From: a virus
Taxonomy: Duplodnaviria; Caudoviricetes
DNA length: 54,546 bases
Direction: 5' to 3' (one strand)
Virus record (IMG/VR): IMGVR_UViG_3300032562_000035
Location: 1 to 54,546 of that record
Part shown: positions 47,652-54,524 of the stretch, piece after piece
Layout: the number at the start of each line of letters is the position of its first letter
Position numbering within the stretch: the first letter of the stretch is position 1
Translations under genes and position numbers: made by a program
The notes under the pieces: generated by a model
What the model was told of the DNA's origin: nothing
Database searches by the model: none
What the model saw: only the letters and a program-made list of their open reading frames with translations

Positions 47652-47894
47652 CTACTTGGGGCGATGCTTGGAGCAGGTGCGCCGGTAGCCAGTGGGAGTG
47701 GGGGTGCCGCAGGTGTCGAAGTCAAAGCACTCCGGTTCATCGCAGCACGTTCTCAGGTCGTTGATCGAATGGCAGAGAGGGCAAGCCATCAACGTTTCGC
47801 CGGGGTCGAAGGGATCGGGGGCGGAAAGGGTTTCGTTCTCCACCCCGATCCAGCCGCATCGGTAGTTCGGGCAGCGCAGATACCCAGCGGTCAC
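47652..47894 (-). CDS. Array gene: Cys-rich zinc-finger protein
   Basis: CPNYRCGW, CPLC, CCDEPEC, TCSKH; GTGA-coupled to the upstream gene. Confidence 0.7.
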   Translation of the reverse strand: MTAGYLRCPNYRCGWIGVENETLSAPDPFDPGETLMACPLCHSINDLRTCCDEPECFDFDTCGTPTPTGYRRTCSKHRPK

Positions 47895-48067
47895 GGGTTC
47901 ACCTTGAACTTCTTCAGGTCGGTGCAGTGGCAATGGGGACAGGCGAGGGTGGACCAGCCGCCCGAATCGGGGAGCCGCGCCATGTCCTTGTATTTCGTGA
48001 CGCGCTTGCAGGACTCGCAGATGTAGTCCTTGTTCGCCATGCGCTGGGTCAGGACTCGGGTGGTCAT
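47891..48067 (-). CDS. Array gene: zinc-ribbon protein (58 aa)
   Basis: CESC...CPHC; TGTCCA-GAAAGGGG RBS. Confidence 0.7.
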   Translation of the reverse strand: MTTRVLTQRMANKDYICESCKRVTKYKDMARLPDSGGWSTLACPHCHCTDLKKFKVNP

Positions 48068-48090
48068 ACTTCCCCTTTCTGGACAGTGGA

Positions 48091-48648
48091 TCACGCAGCC
48101 TTGCGGAGCAGCGAGGGTCTGATGGTCGGGCACTCGGGGAAATAGCCCCGGATGATGTCGGACTGGGCGTCCCGTGCGGCGGCCCCTGCGGCGTCCCGTG
48201 CGGCGGCCCGTGCGGCGGCCCATGCGGCGTCCCGTGCGGCGGCCCATGCGGCGGCCCATGCGGCGGCCCATGCGGCGGCCCCTGCGGCGGCCCCTGCGGC
48301 GGCCCCTGCGGCGGCCCCTGCGGCGGCCCCTGCGGCGTCCCATGCGGCGTCCATCTCATCTCGGGTGGCCTCGCCACGGGCAAACCTCCGGGCGCACTCG
48401 ATGGCGAGGCGGGGTCGGTCCTCCCCGGCAGGGACGAGATGCAGCACCGCCTCGGCAAAATCACAGGCCATGAGGCGCAGCCGGGGGTCGTCCTGGCCCA
48501 GTGTGGTCCGGGTCAGCAGCCAGAGCATCCAGTCGGGGCGTTTGCAATTCGCCCATGCAGTCTGGAGGTCGGGCTGGGACTCAGCCCAGCATGTGGCCTC
48601 GTTACAGGCGTTGAGGCATTGCAGGATCGTGGAGAGTTTGAGTTTCAT
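48091..48648 (-). CDS. Array gene: Imm5-like protein with Ala tetrapeptide repeats
   Basis: AW..C.RPDWMLWL, ACDFAE.VL, DRPRLAIE.AR.FA.G followed by (A/D)AA(W/G/R) x15. Confidence 0.7.
   Translation of the reverse strand: MKLKLSTILQCLNACNEATCWAESQPDLQTAWANCKRPDWMLWLLTRTTLGQDDPRLRLMACDFAEAVLHLVPAGEDRPRLAIECARRFARGEATRDEMDAAWDAAGAAAGAAAGAAAGAAAGAAAWAAAWAAAWAAARDAAWAAARAAARDAAGAAARDAQSDIIRGYFPECPTIRPSLLRKAA
48167..48352. repeat. 12-bp coding tandem repeat, about 15 copies
   Basis: GCGGCG(G/T)CCC(C/G/A)T units. Confidence 0.9.
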
Positions 48649-48671
48649 GGGTTCCTCGGAATGGACAGGTG

Positions 48672-49013
48672 CTAGATGTGGTGGACGTAGACCCGGAGGC
48701 CCAACGATAGGGCGGTTCGGATCATATTGGCGGTGCCTTTGCTCCTGCCATCCCAGATGGCAATCAGGGCATCGGATTCTTGGGCCATCTGCCTGTTGCG
48801 GATCGGGCCAGCGGCTTTTCCGTGGGCCTTCCAGTCGGCGGGAAACACCCGGAGCGGGACAGCGTAGAGCGCGGCCCAGAGTTCGCCGTAGTGGTCGGCC
48901 CCAGGTGCGCCACCGGAAATGACTTCGGTGATGATGAAGCCGGAAGCCCTGATGGCCTCAACCACTGGCTTGGAGTCGGTCAGGGTTCGGCCCCCGGCGA
49001 TGATGGTTTTCAC
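48672..49013 (-). CDS. Array gene: SLOG-family protein (YspA/DUF2493-like)
   Basis: IIAGGR, VISGGAPGAD, FPADW..HGKAAGPIRN.QMA, WDGRSKGT. Confidence 0.88.
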   Translation of the reverse strand: MKTIIAGGRTLTDSKPVVEAIRASGFIITEVISGGAPGADHYGELWAALYAVPLRVFPADWKAHGKAAGPIRNRQMAQESDALIAIWDGRSKGTANMIRTALSLGLRVYVHHI

Positions 49014-49123
49014 GGTTGCCTCCCGGCAGAGGATGGACAAAATCAGATGGTTTATTTGGGTAAAAAACATTAGGACCCCATTGGTTCTGGTGGTTCGGAT
49101 CCTTGAATAGCAGTTGAACCTAG

Positions 49124-49345
49124 TTAGCGGTCCCGGTGCTTCCTTGCTTTCCTTAGGTTCTCGCTGGTTTCCTTCAGATTCTCGTAGTAGGAAGACACCC
49201 TGGGATCATAGTCTTCCTTCGCGGGGTTCCCCTCTGCTGATCTCTGCCTAGCCTCCAGGACATGCGCCCTGGCTTCCTGTTTGGCCCTGCCAACAACCTC
49301 AGAAAGGCTGTTGGTCAGGGCAACCTGCGGGACCGGAGGTCTCAT
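49124..49345 (-). CDS. Hypothetical basic protein
   Basis: ATGA-coupled to the upstream gene. Confidence 0.6.
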   Translation of the reverse strand: MRPPVPQVALTNSLSEVVGRAKQEARAHVLEARQRSAEGNPAKEDYDPRVSSYYENLKETSENLRKARKHRDR

Positions 49346-49524
49346 TTGTGCATCTTCTTGAGAGTTTCGGCCAACCTGGCCCTCTTCCCCTCAACGCCAC
49401 CCTTCTTCTCGGCAGCCTTCAACTTCTTCTCGGGGATATTCTTCCCCTTTGGGACACCCAACTCTTCGTGGAGCGCCCCGGGATGCTTGATGGCACCCTT
49501 GATCCAGTTCTTCTTCTCGGCCAT
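49342..49524 (-). CDS. Small Lys-rich phage protein
   Basis: WIKGAIKHPGALH..LGVPKG..IP.KKL.......KRARLAETLKK. Confidence 0.75.
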   Translation of the reverse strand: MAEKKNWIKGAIKHPGALHEELGVPKGKNIPEKKLKAAEKKGGVEGKRARLAETLKKMHK

Positions 49525-49533
49525 GGGAGCCTC

Positions 49534-49686
49534 CTACTTGCAGCCCTTCTTGCCCTTCTCTTCCTTCTTCTCCCGCTTCTCGACCTTCTTCTCGACCTTC
49601 TCAGCCAGCTTCTTGTCGGCCTTCTTGTCTTCCTTCAGAAACTCGCGCTTGGCTTCCTTGCCCTTCTTCTCGGCTTCCTTTTTCAT
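49534..49686 (-). CDS. 50-aa Lys/Glu-rich peptide (not in ORF track)
   Basis: AGGAG RBS; MKKEAEKKGKEAKREFLKEDKKADKKLAEKVEKKVEKREKKEEKGKKGCK. Confidence 0.65.
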   Translation of the reverse strand: MKKEAEKKGKEAKREFLKEDKKADKKLAEKVEKKVEKREKKEEKGKKGCK

Positions 49687-49727
49687 TTCTTTCTCCTAGA
49701 GGGCCATCGTGATTGACGGTCTAACAC

Positions 49728-49756
49728 AAGATAAGTCCGTATAGCACACCGTGCAA
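49728..49756 (-). promoter_or_regulatory. Sigma70-like promoter upstream of the basic genes and the array
   Basis: TTGCAC-17-TATCTT. Confidence 0.55.
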
Positions 49757-49757
49757 C

Positions 49758-50021
49758 CTATTCAAGCATGTCAACGTGGATATTCTCCCCTTTCTTTCTG
49801 AGGAAGATTGAGACCGCCATCTTCCCGCCCGGATGGGGCGTGGACTCCATGACCAGTTCCGCTTCACTGGGGAAGCACCCTGCGTTCTTGATGAAGTCCT
49901 CAACGATCTGCATCTTCTTCATCTCCACTCGTTCCAGGATGGTCGTATTCATCTTGTCGAGCGAGGTACGGTTCTTACGGATGTTCTCAGTGATGTATTT
50001 GAACTTGGCACCATCAGTCAT
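49758..50021 (-). CDS. Hypothetical protein
   Basis: AGGAG RBS; C-terminus resembles 50265-50456 (ends FLRKKG versus YIRKKG). Confidence 0.7.
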   Translation of the reverse strand: MTDGAKFKYITENIRKNRTSLDKMNTTILERVEMKKMQIVEDFIKNAGCFPSEAELVMESTPHPGGKMAVSIFLRKKGENIHVDMLE

Positions 50022-50263
50022 TTCTGCTCCTGGGAGTGTGGGATCATCTCATCAACAAGTCGGTTCATGGCAATCTCTTCGGTCTCGAAGGGACCCCTTG
50101 GGGCGGGTTCCATGACCTTGCCATCCATCAAAAAAACATAGGCATAGGTTCTCCCGTCACGCCCAGGCCAAAGGTGAGCCAGTTTCTTGCCCCGGAACCC
50201 CGTAAGCCACCAGCCCAGCCCATTGGGTGGCCGCTTCCATTTGTAGGCACTCGGACTAGCCAT
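50018..50263 (-). CDS. Hypothetical protein
   Basis: Tightly coupled ORF. Confidence 0.65.
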   Translation of the reverse strand: MASPSAYKWKRPPNGLGWWLTGFRGKKLAHLWPGRDGRTYAYVFLMDGKVMEPAPRGPFETEEIAMNRLVDEMIPHSQEQK

Positions 50264-50264
50264 A

Positions 50265-50456
50265 TCACACCCCCTTCTTGCGGATATAGGTTCGGATGAC
50301 CAAACCTTCCTGGGTGGTCACGGGTTCGATCTTGTCCAGGCCAAGGCCAGATTCAGCCATGTAAGCCAGCATCAGGGTCTCCACCCCCATCTGGTAGACC
50401 TGGATCATGGGGCCGAGGGCTTCGTCTTCCATCTGTTCGAGTTTGCTGCGGTCCAT
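50265..50456 (-). CDS. Hypothetical protein
   Basis: GAAGG RBS before MDRSKLE. Confidence 0.65.
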   Translation of the reverse strand: MDRSKLEQMEDEALGPMIQVYQMGVETLMLAYMAESGLGLDKIEPVTTQEGLVIRTYIRKKGV

Positions 50457-50458
50457 GG

Positions 50459-51433
50459 TTACACCTTCCAGGTGATGCTTGGGAAACGGGAAGCCGACTT
50501 CCGGTATTGTGCCGCAAGATCGGGGTAGTCCTGGGAAAATTTCACAGAGTCGAAGGAACCGGCGCGGTCCTTCCACTTGACGCTGGCGGTCTCGGTGTCG
50601 AAGCCTTCCTTGGGCAGCAGATCCTTGAGTTCAGCCTTCAGGGTTTCGATGCGCTTGTCCTTGGCACGATCCTCGTCCGTCTTGGGGGAGTCCAGTTCTT
50701 GCAGTTCCTCCAGGATGGTCTTGAGCCGCAGTTCGACCACGAAATCGCCCTGCTCTTTGGGCTGGTCATGCTTCCAGGTGGGGCAACCATCCCTGATGGG
50801 GCACTTGTCACACTGGTACCCCAGTTCACCCTTGGCCAGCATCCCGAAGATGATGGCAGTCTGGGCATCCACCGCTTTCTGCCGAAGGGCGGCATAGGCG
50901 GTCTCGTCCCAGGGGATGGTGACCATCTCGCACTCGCTGAGATCATCGGCCTGGAAGTACCAGAGGGTCCCCTCGTTGCAGGGTTCCCCTTCGGCACGGG
51001 CTGACCCGATCTGGGCCAGGATCTGGTCCTGGTGATAGCTGGGAACCTTGCCCTGCCGGATCTTCCGGAAGACTCCCTGGGTGGCGGTCTTGATGTCGCA
51101 GACCACCATCTGGTCGTTCTTATAGGCCAGGAAGTCAGGGTGCGCGGTGACCGGTCCATCCACATATTCGATGCAGTTGTCACCCTGGGTTCGGGCCACC
51201 GTCCAGCCCTGGTTCCCCAGGATCACTTCGGCCAGAGCGATGCACTCAGGCTCCAGGACATGACCACGGGCAGCCTTCCCGATCCAGGAGTCGGTGTTCT
51301 CCGGGTTGCCCCTACGATGCACCAGAAGCCTGGGGCAACCACCGATCTCACTGGCCCCGATCTGATGTGGGTTATTTTTGCCTGGTCGGGGGGGCTGACG
51401 AAGCTGGAGTGCGTTCGTGACGTTGATTTTCAT
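50459..51433 (-). CDS. PD-(D/E)XK nuclease (Cas4-like / YqaJ-like exonuclease)
   Basis: GASEIGGCPR, HPDFL, CDIKT, Q...Q, C..CP...GC iron-sulfur-type cysteines; next to ERF. Confidence 0.82.
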   Translation of the reverse strand: MKINVTNALQLRQPPRPGKNNPHQIGASEIGGCPRLLVHRRGNPENTDSWIGKAARGHVLEPECIALAEVILGNQGWTVARTQGDNCIEYVDGPVTAHPDFLAYKNDQMVVCDIKTATQGVFRKIRQGKVPSYHQDQILAQIGSARAEGEPCNEGTLWYFQADDLSECEMVTIPWDETAYAALRQKAVDAQTAIIFGMLAKGELGYQCDKCPIRDGCPTWKHDQPKEQGDFVVELRLKTILEELQELDSPKTDEDRAKDKRIETLKAELKDLLPKEGFDTETASVKWKDRAGSFDSVKFSQDYPDLAAQYRKSASRFPSITWKV

Positions 51434-51440
51434 GTTCCAC

Positions 51441-51545
51441 CTAAGAAAAAAGAATGTAGAGAAGACCCAGGAAGACCATCAGGACGCACAGGAAGGTCCA
51501 TGGGTGGTGCAATGCCTCACTTAGGAACCATCTTGTGCGCCCCAT
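51441..51545 (-). CDS. 34-aa membrane peptide (not in ORF track)
   Basis: GAGG RBS; MGRTRWFLSEALHHPWTFLCVLMVFLGLLYILFS. Confidence 0.5.
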   Translation of the reverse strand: MGRTRWFLSEALHHPWTFLCVLMVFLGLLYILFS

Positions 51546-51552
51546 GACTACC

Positions 51553-52275
51553 TCACCGGCTCACGAACTCTTCCATGTCCTTCTTGGCCTGATCACGCTT
51601 CGCCTTGGTGTGTGGCAGGATCTTGGCTGGGCCGTACTCGCCCATGGCCTTGGTCGCACTGGTCAGCAGATCCTCGTACTCATCGAACAGGTTCATGGAG
51701 TGCATGTAACCCTTGATCTCCGTCATCAGCCCGTTGAACTCATCGGTCTCTTCGGGAGTCCATGTGTTCTTGAGGTCTGCCGGGGCCTTGGCGACCTTCT
51801 TCGGCTTGTCGGCTACGGGAGGGGCGGGAACGGTATTCTGCGTCCCCTGGGCGGTGCTGGGGCGACCGCTGGCCGCTTCCCCGTCATCGTCAGACTCGTC
51901 CTGGGCAGCCACAAGGCCCATGGCAGCCATGGCATACCGGCAAGCGTAGGTGGTGCCGCTGCCGATCACCTGGGGATCGACCTTGCCCGGGGCCAGGGGA
52001 ACCGTGGTGGACCCAAGGATCCACTCGCCCGACTCATGCAGGAACAGGGTCTCGACCGTGATCCGGTTCTCAGCGTCCAGCCCCTGGGGGATCTGGGTGA
52101 TGGCTACCCCATGCTTCGAGTAGATGGGACGGACAGTGTTCAGGATGGTAGCCAGATTGGCATACCTGCTCTTGAAGAACGGATTATCGGAGTCCTTGAC
52201 CACGTTCTTGACTTCCGACTGAGCGGCAGCCATGGCCTTAGCGATATTCCCGATGTTGTCCGAATGGGTGAGCAT
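51553..52275 (-). CDS. erf: ERF-family single-strand annealing protein
   Basis: KDSDNPFFKSRYANL, HESGEW, DPQ.IGSGTTYA.RY, DDDG. Confidence 0.92.
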   Translation of the reverse strand: MLTHSDNIGNIAKAMAAAQSEVKNVVKDSDNPFFKSRYANLATILNTVRPIYSKHGVAITQIPQGLDAENRITVETLFLHESGEWILGSTTVPLAPGKVDPQVIGSGTTYACRYAMAAMGLVAAQDESDDDGEAASGRPSTAQGTQNTVPAPPVADKPKKVAKAPADLKNTWTPEETDEFNGLMTEIKGYMHSMNLFDEYEDLLTSATKAMGEYGPAKILPHTKAKRDQAKKDMEEFVSR

Positions 52276-52276
52276 A

Positions 52277-52525
52277 CTAGCTCTCCGTAGAAGTGGCAGG
52301 GTTGGTCCCTGCGGGGGTGGCGGTGGTCCCCCAGGTTGGAGGGGTCAGGTCGTGTGCTTCAAAAAAAATATCCAGTAGCCGCTTCCCCGCTGCGCCCGGG
52401 ACTCGCTCCCCATGGGCCCATGAAAAAAATGTCCTACGGGAAACACCTAACAGCCTGATCACGTTCTCAATGGTGCCGTGCTTGGCTACCAGTTGCGTCC
52501 AGGGTTCGGTCAGCGTGGTCTTCAT
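52277..52525 (-). CDS. Cro-like HTH regulator
   Basis: GTIENVIRLLGVSRRTFFSWAHGERVP. Confidence 0.75.
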   Translation of the reverse strand: MKTTLTEPWTQLVAKHGTIENVIRLLGVSRRTFFSWAHGERVPGAAGKRLLDIFFEAHDLTPPTWGTTATPAGTNPATSTES

Positions 52526-52542
52526 GTCATCCCTCTCTCCCT

Positions 52543-52570
52543 AATATAGGTTTGTTGTGCCGATTGGCAA
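52543..52570 (-). promoter_or_regulatory. Sigma70-like promoter with an operator half-site
   Basis: TTGCCA-16-TATATT; spacer ATCGGCACAACAAACC. Confidence 0.7.
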
Positions 52571-52573
52571 GGG

Positions 52574-52813
52574 CTAAAGTTTGATCCTGAAACTTTTCAG
52601 GAAGTCCCGGTCCTCAACGGTCCAGGTGGAGTTCGGGTTAGGCGCAACTAGGCGGAATTTGCCGTATCCGGGGACCCTGACCTGGGCCATTACGGGTTCC
52701 TCGTATCCTCGCAGCATCCCGAAGGCGAGTTCAGCTTCCAGCATATGCTGTAGGGTGTTCCTCACCCTCATCTCCTGGCACTCGCGGCAGACACATCTCA
52801 GATCATGGTTCAT
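52574..52813 (-). CDS. Hypothetical protein
   Basis: GAGG RBS; HxxxCxCxEC; ends DRDFLKSFRI. Confidence 0.65.
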   Translation of the reverse strand: MNHDLRCVCRECQEMRVRNTLQHMLEAELAFGMLRGYEEPVMAQVRVPGYGKFRLVAPNPNSTWTVEDRDFLKSFRIKL

Positions 52814-52816
52814 GGG

Positions 52817-52999
52817 TCACCTCTGGAGGAAACGGATCAGGGCATCGGCTTCCATTGGGCCATTCTCATACAGCGCGATGCTGATGCACTCGGCAACGAA
52901 CTTCGCGGCTTGCACAGGGCACTCGAAGCGGGTGATAGCCAGGAACAGGGGCTGGGTCTCCCCCTGCAAAAAAAGTTTCATGGCATAGTCGGGGGTCAT
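52817..52999 (-). CDS. Hypothetical protein
   Basis: AGGAG RBS. Confidence 0.6.
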   Translation of the reverse strand: MTPDYAMKLFLQGETQPLFLAITRFECPVQAAKFVAECISIALYENGPMEADALIRFLQR

Positions 53000-53027
53000 G
53001 AGGTCTCCTGGAGGGTCATGGTGAATT

Positions 53028-53225
53028 TTAGTTTTTGGTATAACCCGGGTTCTTCTGTTTGTACCGCTTGATGGCGATCATAGTCCGGTCGGCCTTGATC
53101 TCACCGGACCCCTTACAACGTTCACAGATCTGCCAGCCGGTCCAGCGGTCGGTGTTGGTCACTTGCCCCGACCCCTTGCAGTCGGTGCAGACGAAATAGT
53201 GGCGGGTCACTAGGCGGTATCTCAT
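53028..53225 (-). CDS. DnaJ-type zinc-finger small protein
   Basis: CTDCKGSG and CERCKGSG. Confidence 0.7.
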   Translation of the reverse strand: MRYRLVTRHYFVCTDCKGSGQVTNTDRWTGWQICERCKGSGEIKADRTMIAIKRYKQKNPGYTKN

Positions 53226-53962
53226 ATGCGATCCTGGGCATAACCACGGTTCAGTTCATCGTAGTAGGCAGCTTCTTCGGAAGTGGCATAGTCTTCGGCA
53301 AATTTTCGCTCCGCCGACCGGATCCAGGCATCAGCCAGCCCCCGGGGCACTCCATCGGCCAGAGCCTCTTGCAGTTGGGCGCAGGGAAACTTCAGGTCTG
53401 CGAATTCGGGCCAACCTTGCAGGACCGCTCCCTGCTTGGGGCCATAGATCCGGCCAGCCACCACCGGATAGGCCATGAGTTCATCCACGTTGCCCGGATA
53501 GAGTGGCTTGGGCGGGGTGAGGCCATCGGAGTAGGTGAACCACCGTTCCCGGCTCTGGTGAGGCTTGCCATAGTTCATGGCATTCATCTTGATCTTATGG
53601 AAGCCGGGGATGTCCAGGGCGCGAACGTTCTCGAAGATCGCCCAACCCCAGGTGCAGTTCCCCAGAATCTCCAGGACCGGTGCCAACAGATCCCCGAATT
53701 TCGGGGCGCGGATCGACCGGAGAGTGGAGCGGGACTGGCAGGGGATGCCGCCGATGATGCCATCGTAATATTTCCCCTTCGACCATGCCACCACATCATG
53801 CAGGTCATCGAATAGGTGGATGTCGTATATGACGCCCAGGAAGTCCCGGTAGATCGCCCTCTTGTGGGGCATGATCTCACAGGCCGGGATGACCGTATGA
53901 CCGGCCTCCATCCACGCCTTGTCCCATAGACCGGCTGAAGTGCAGAGCGAAAGAATTTCCAT
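53222..53962 (-). CDS. DNA (cytosine-5) methyltransferase, compact
   Basis: Motif I ILSLCTSAG, IV GGIPCQ, VI FENV, VIII QSRER, QGWP. Confidence 0.82.
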   Translation of the reverse strand: MEILSLCTSAGLWDKAWMEAGHTVIPACEIMPHKRAIYRDFLGVIYDIHLFDDLHDVVAWSKGKYYDGIIGGIPCQSRSTLRSIRAPKFGDLLAPVLEILGNCTWGWAIFENVRALDIPGFHKIKMNAMNYGKPHQSRERWFTYSDGLTPPKPLYPGNVDELMAYPVVAGRIYGPKQGAVLQGWPEFADLKFPCAQLQEALADGVPRGLADAWIRSAERKFAEDYATSEEAAYYDELNRGYAQDRI

Positions 53963-53964
53963 AG

Positions 53965-54261
53965 TTACTTCTCCTGGGCGGAACGGATGATCCGATCCAA
54001 ATAGATCTTGCACATGTCAACAGAAGCGACCGCCATGTCGTTCAGCATGTTCTCGTCAACGGCCATATTCGGGCCTCCATTGATCCACTTTGAGATGTGC
54101 TTGCCCGTGGTGCGGCTGGAAGCCATGCCCGAACGCTGGTATACACAACAGCCTTCGACAGCGACTCCAACCAGGGTCTCGTAGCTGAAGAGAAGTTCGC
54201 GGTCGTTCACGCAGACCACATGGGCATGAGGCCCAAGTTCCTTGAGGGTGATGACGTTCAT
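53965..54261 (-). CDS. Conserved small early phage protein
   Basis: LLFSYET.V...SRTTGKHI.KW; GGAGG RBS. Confidence 0.7.
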   Translation of the reverse strand: MNVITLKELGPHAHVVCVNDRELLFSYETLVGVAVEGCCVYQRSGMASSRTTGKHISKWINGGPNMAVDENMLNDMAVASVDMCKIYLDRIIRSAQEK

Positions 54262-54282
54262 GGGTGCTACCTCCATGCCCCT

Positions 54283-54346
54283 AGTTTAGGCACCGTGTGC
54301 CGCTCGTCAAGAGGTGGTGAAGAAAAAAATAATAAAAAAAAATATT
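54283..54346 (-). promoter_or_regulatory. Strong early promoter with an operator in the spacer and an upstream A/T tract
   Basis: TTGACG-16-TAAACT; GGCACACGGTGCC at 54289-54301; A/T tract at 54323-54347. Confidence 0.78.
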
Positions 54347-54398
54347 TCCCCGCTTTTGGCGCATGGCACACGCGACGTGCGCCTTTATCTTCTCATCA

Positions 54399-54524
54399 CG
54401 CATCCAGGCCCCCGCCCCGCCCCCATAGGGTGAAATTCGCGGCAATCGCGCCGTACGTACGCATAAACGAGTGCCGGTCCTGGGCCGGTCCATATGCCGC
54501 CCGGGTGCCCCCGGGGCTGACCCC
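54399..54524. repeat. Terminal direct repeat, right copy, then a degraded poly-C end
   Basis: Identical to 1-126; the last 22 nt read as poly-C where the left copy has interspersed G. Confidence 0.95.

Larger units (their letters stand above)
45777..49039 (-). repeat. Dispersed junction hexamer TGTCCA separating small genes (cassette-like array)
   Basis: Plus-strand TGGACA at 45777, 45994, 46036, 46093, 46306, 46597, 46961, 47160, 47396, 47642, 48080, 48662, 49034; variants at 46063 and 46247; all intergenic. Confidence 0.9.

Noticed and set aside
47891-48343. Arg-rich and Pro-Gln-Gly-rich ORFs over the 12-bp repeat
   Set aside because: Alternative frames of the Ala repeat; the real starts follow the TGTCCA-RBS junctions.
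45488-49039. Classical integron
   Set aside because: No RYYYAAC/GTTRRRY attC hairpins, junctions are mostly about 20 bp, and no IntI is present.
171-54301. GGCA-N5-TGCC as sigma54 promoters
   Set aside because: GG-to-GC spacing is 8 rather than 10, the motif is palindromic, and it lies within sigma70-type spacers.
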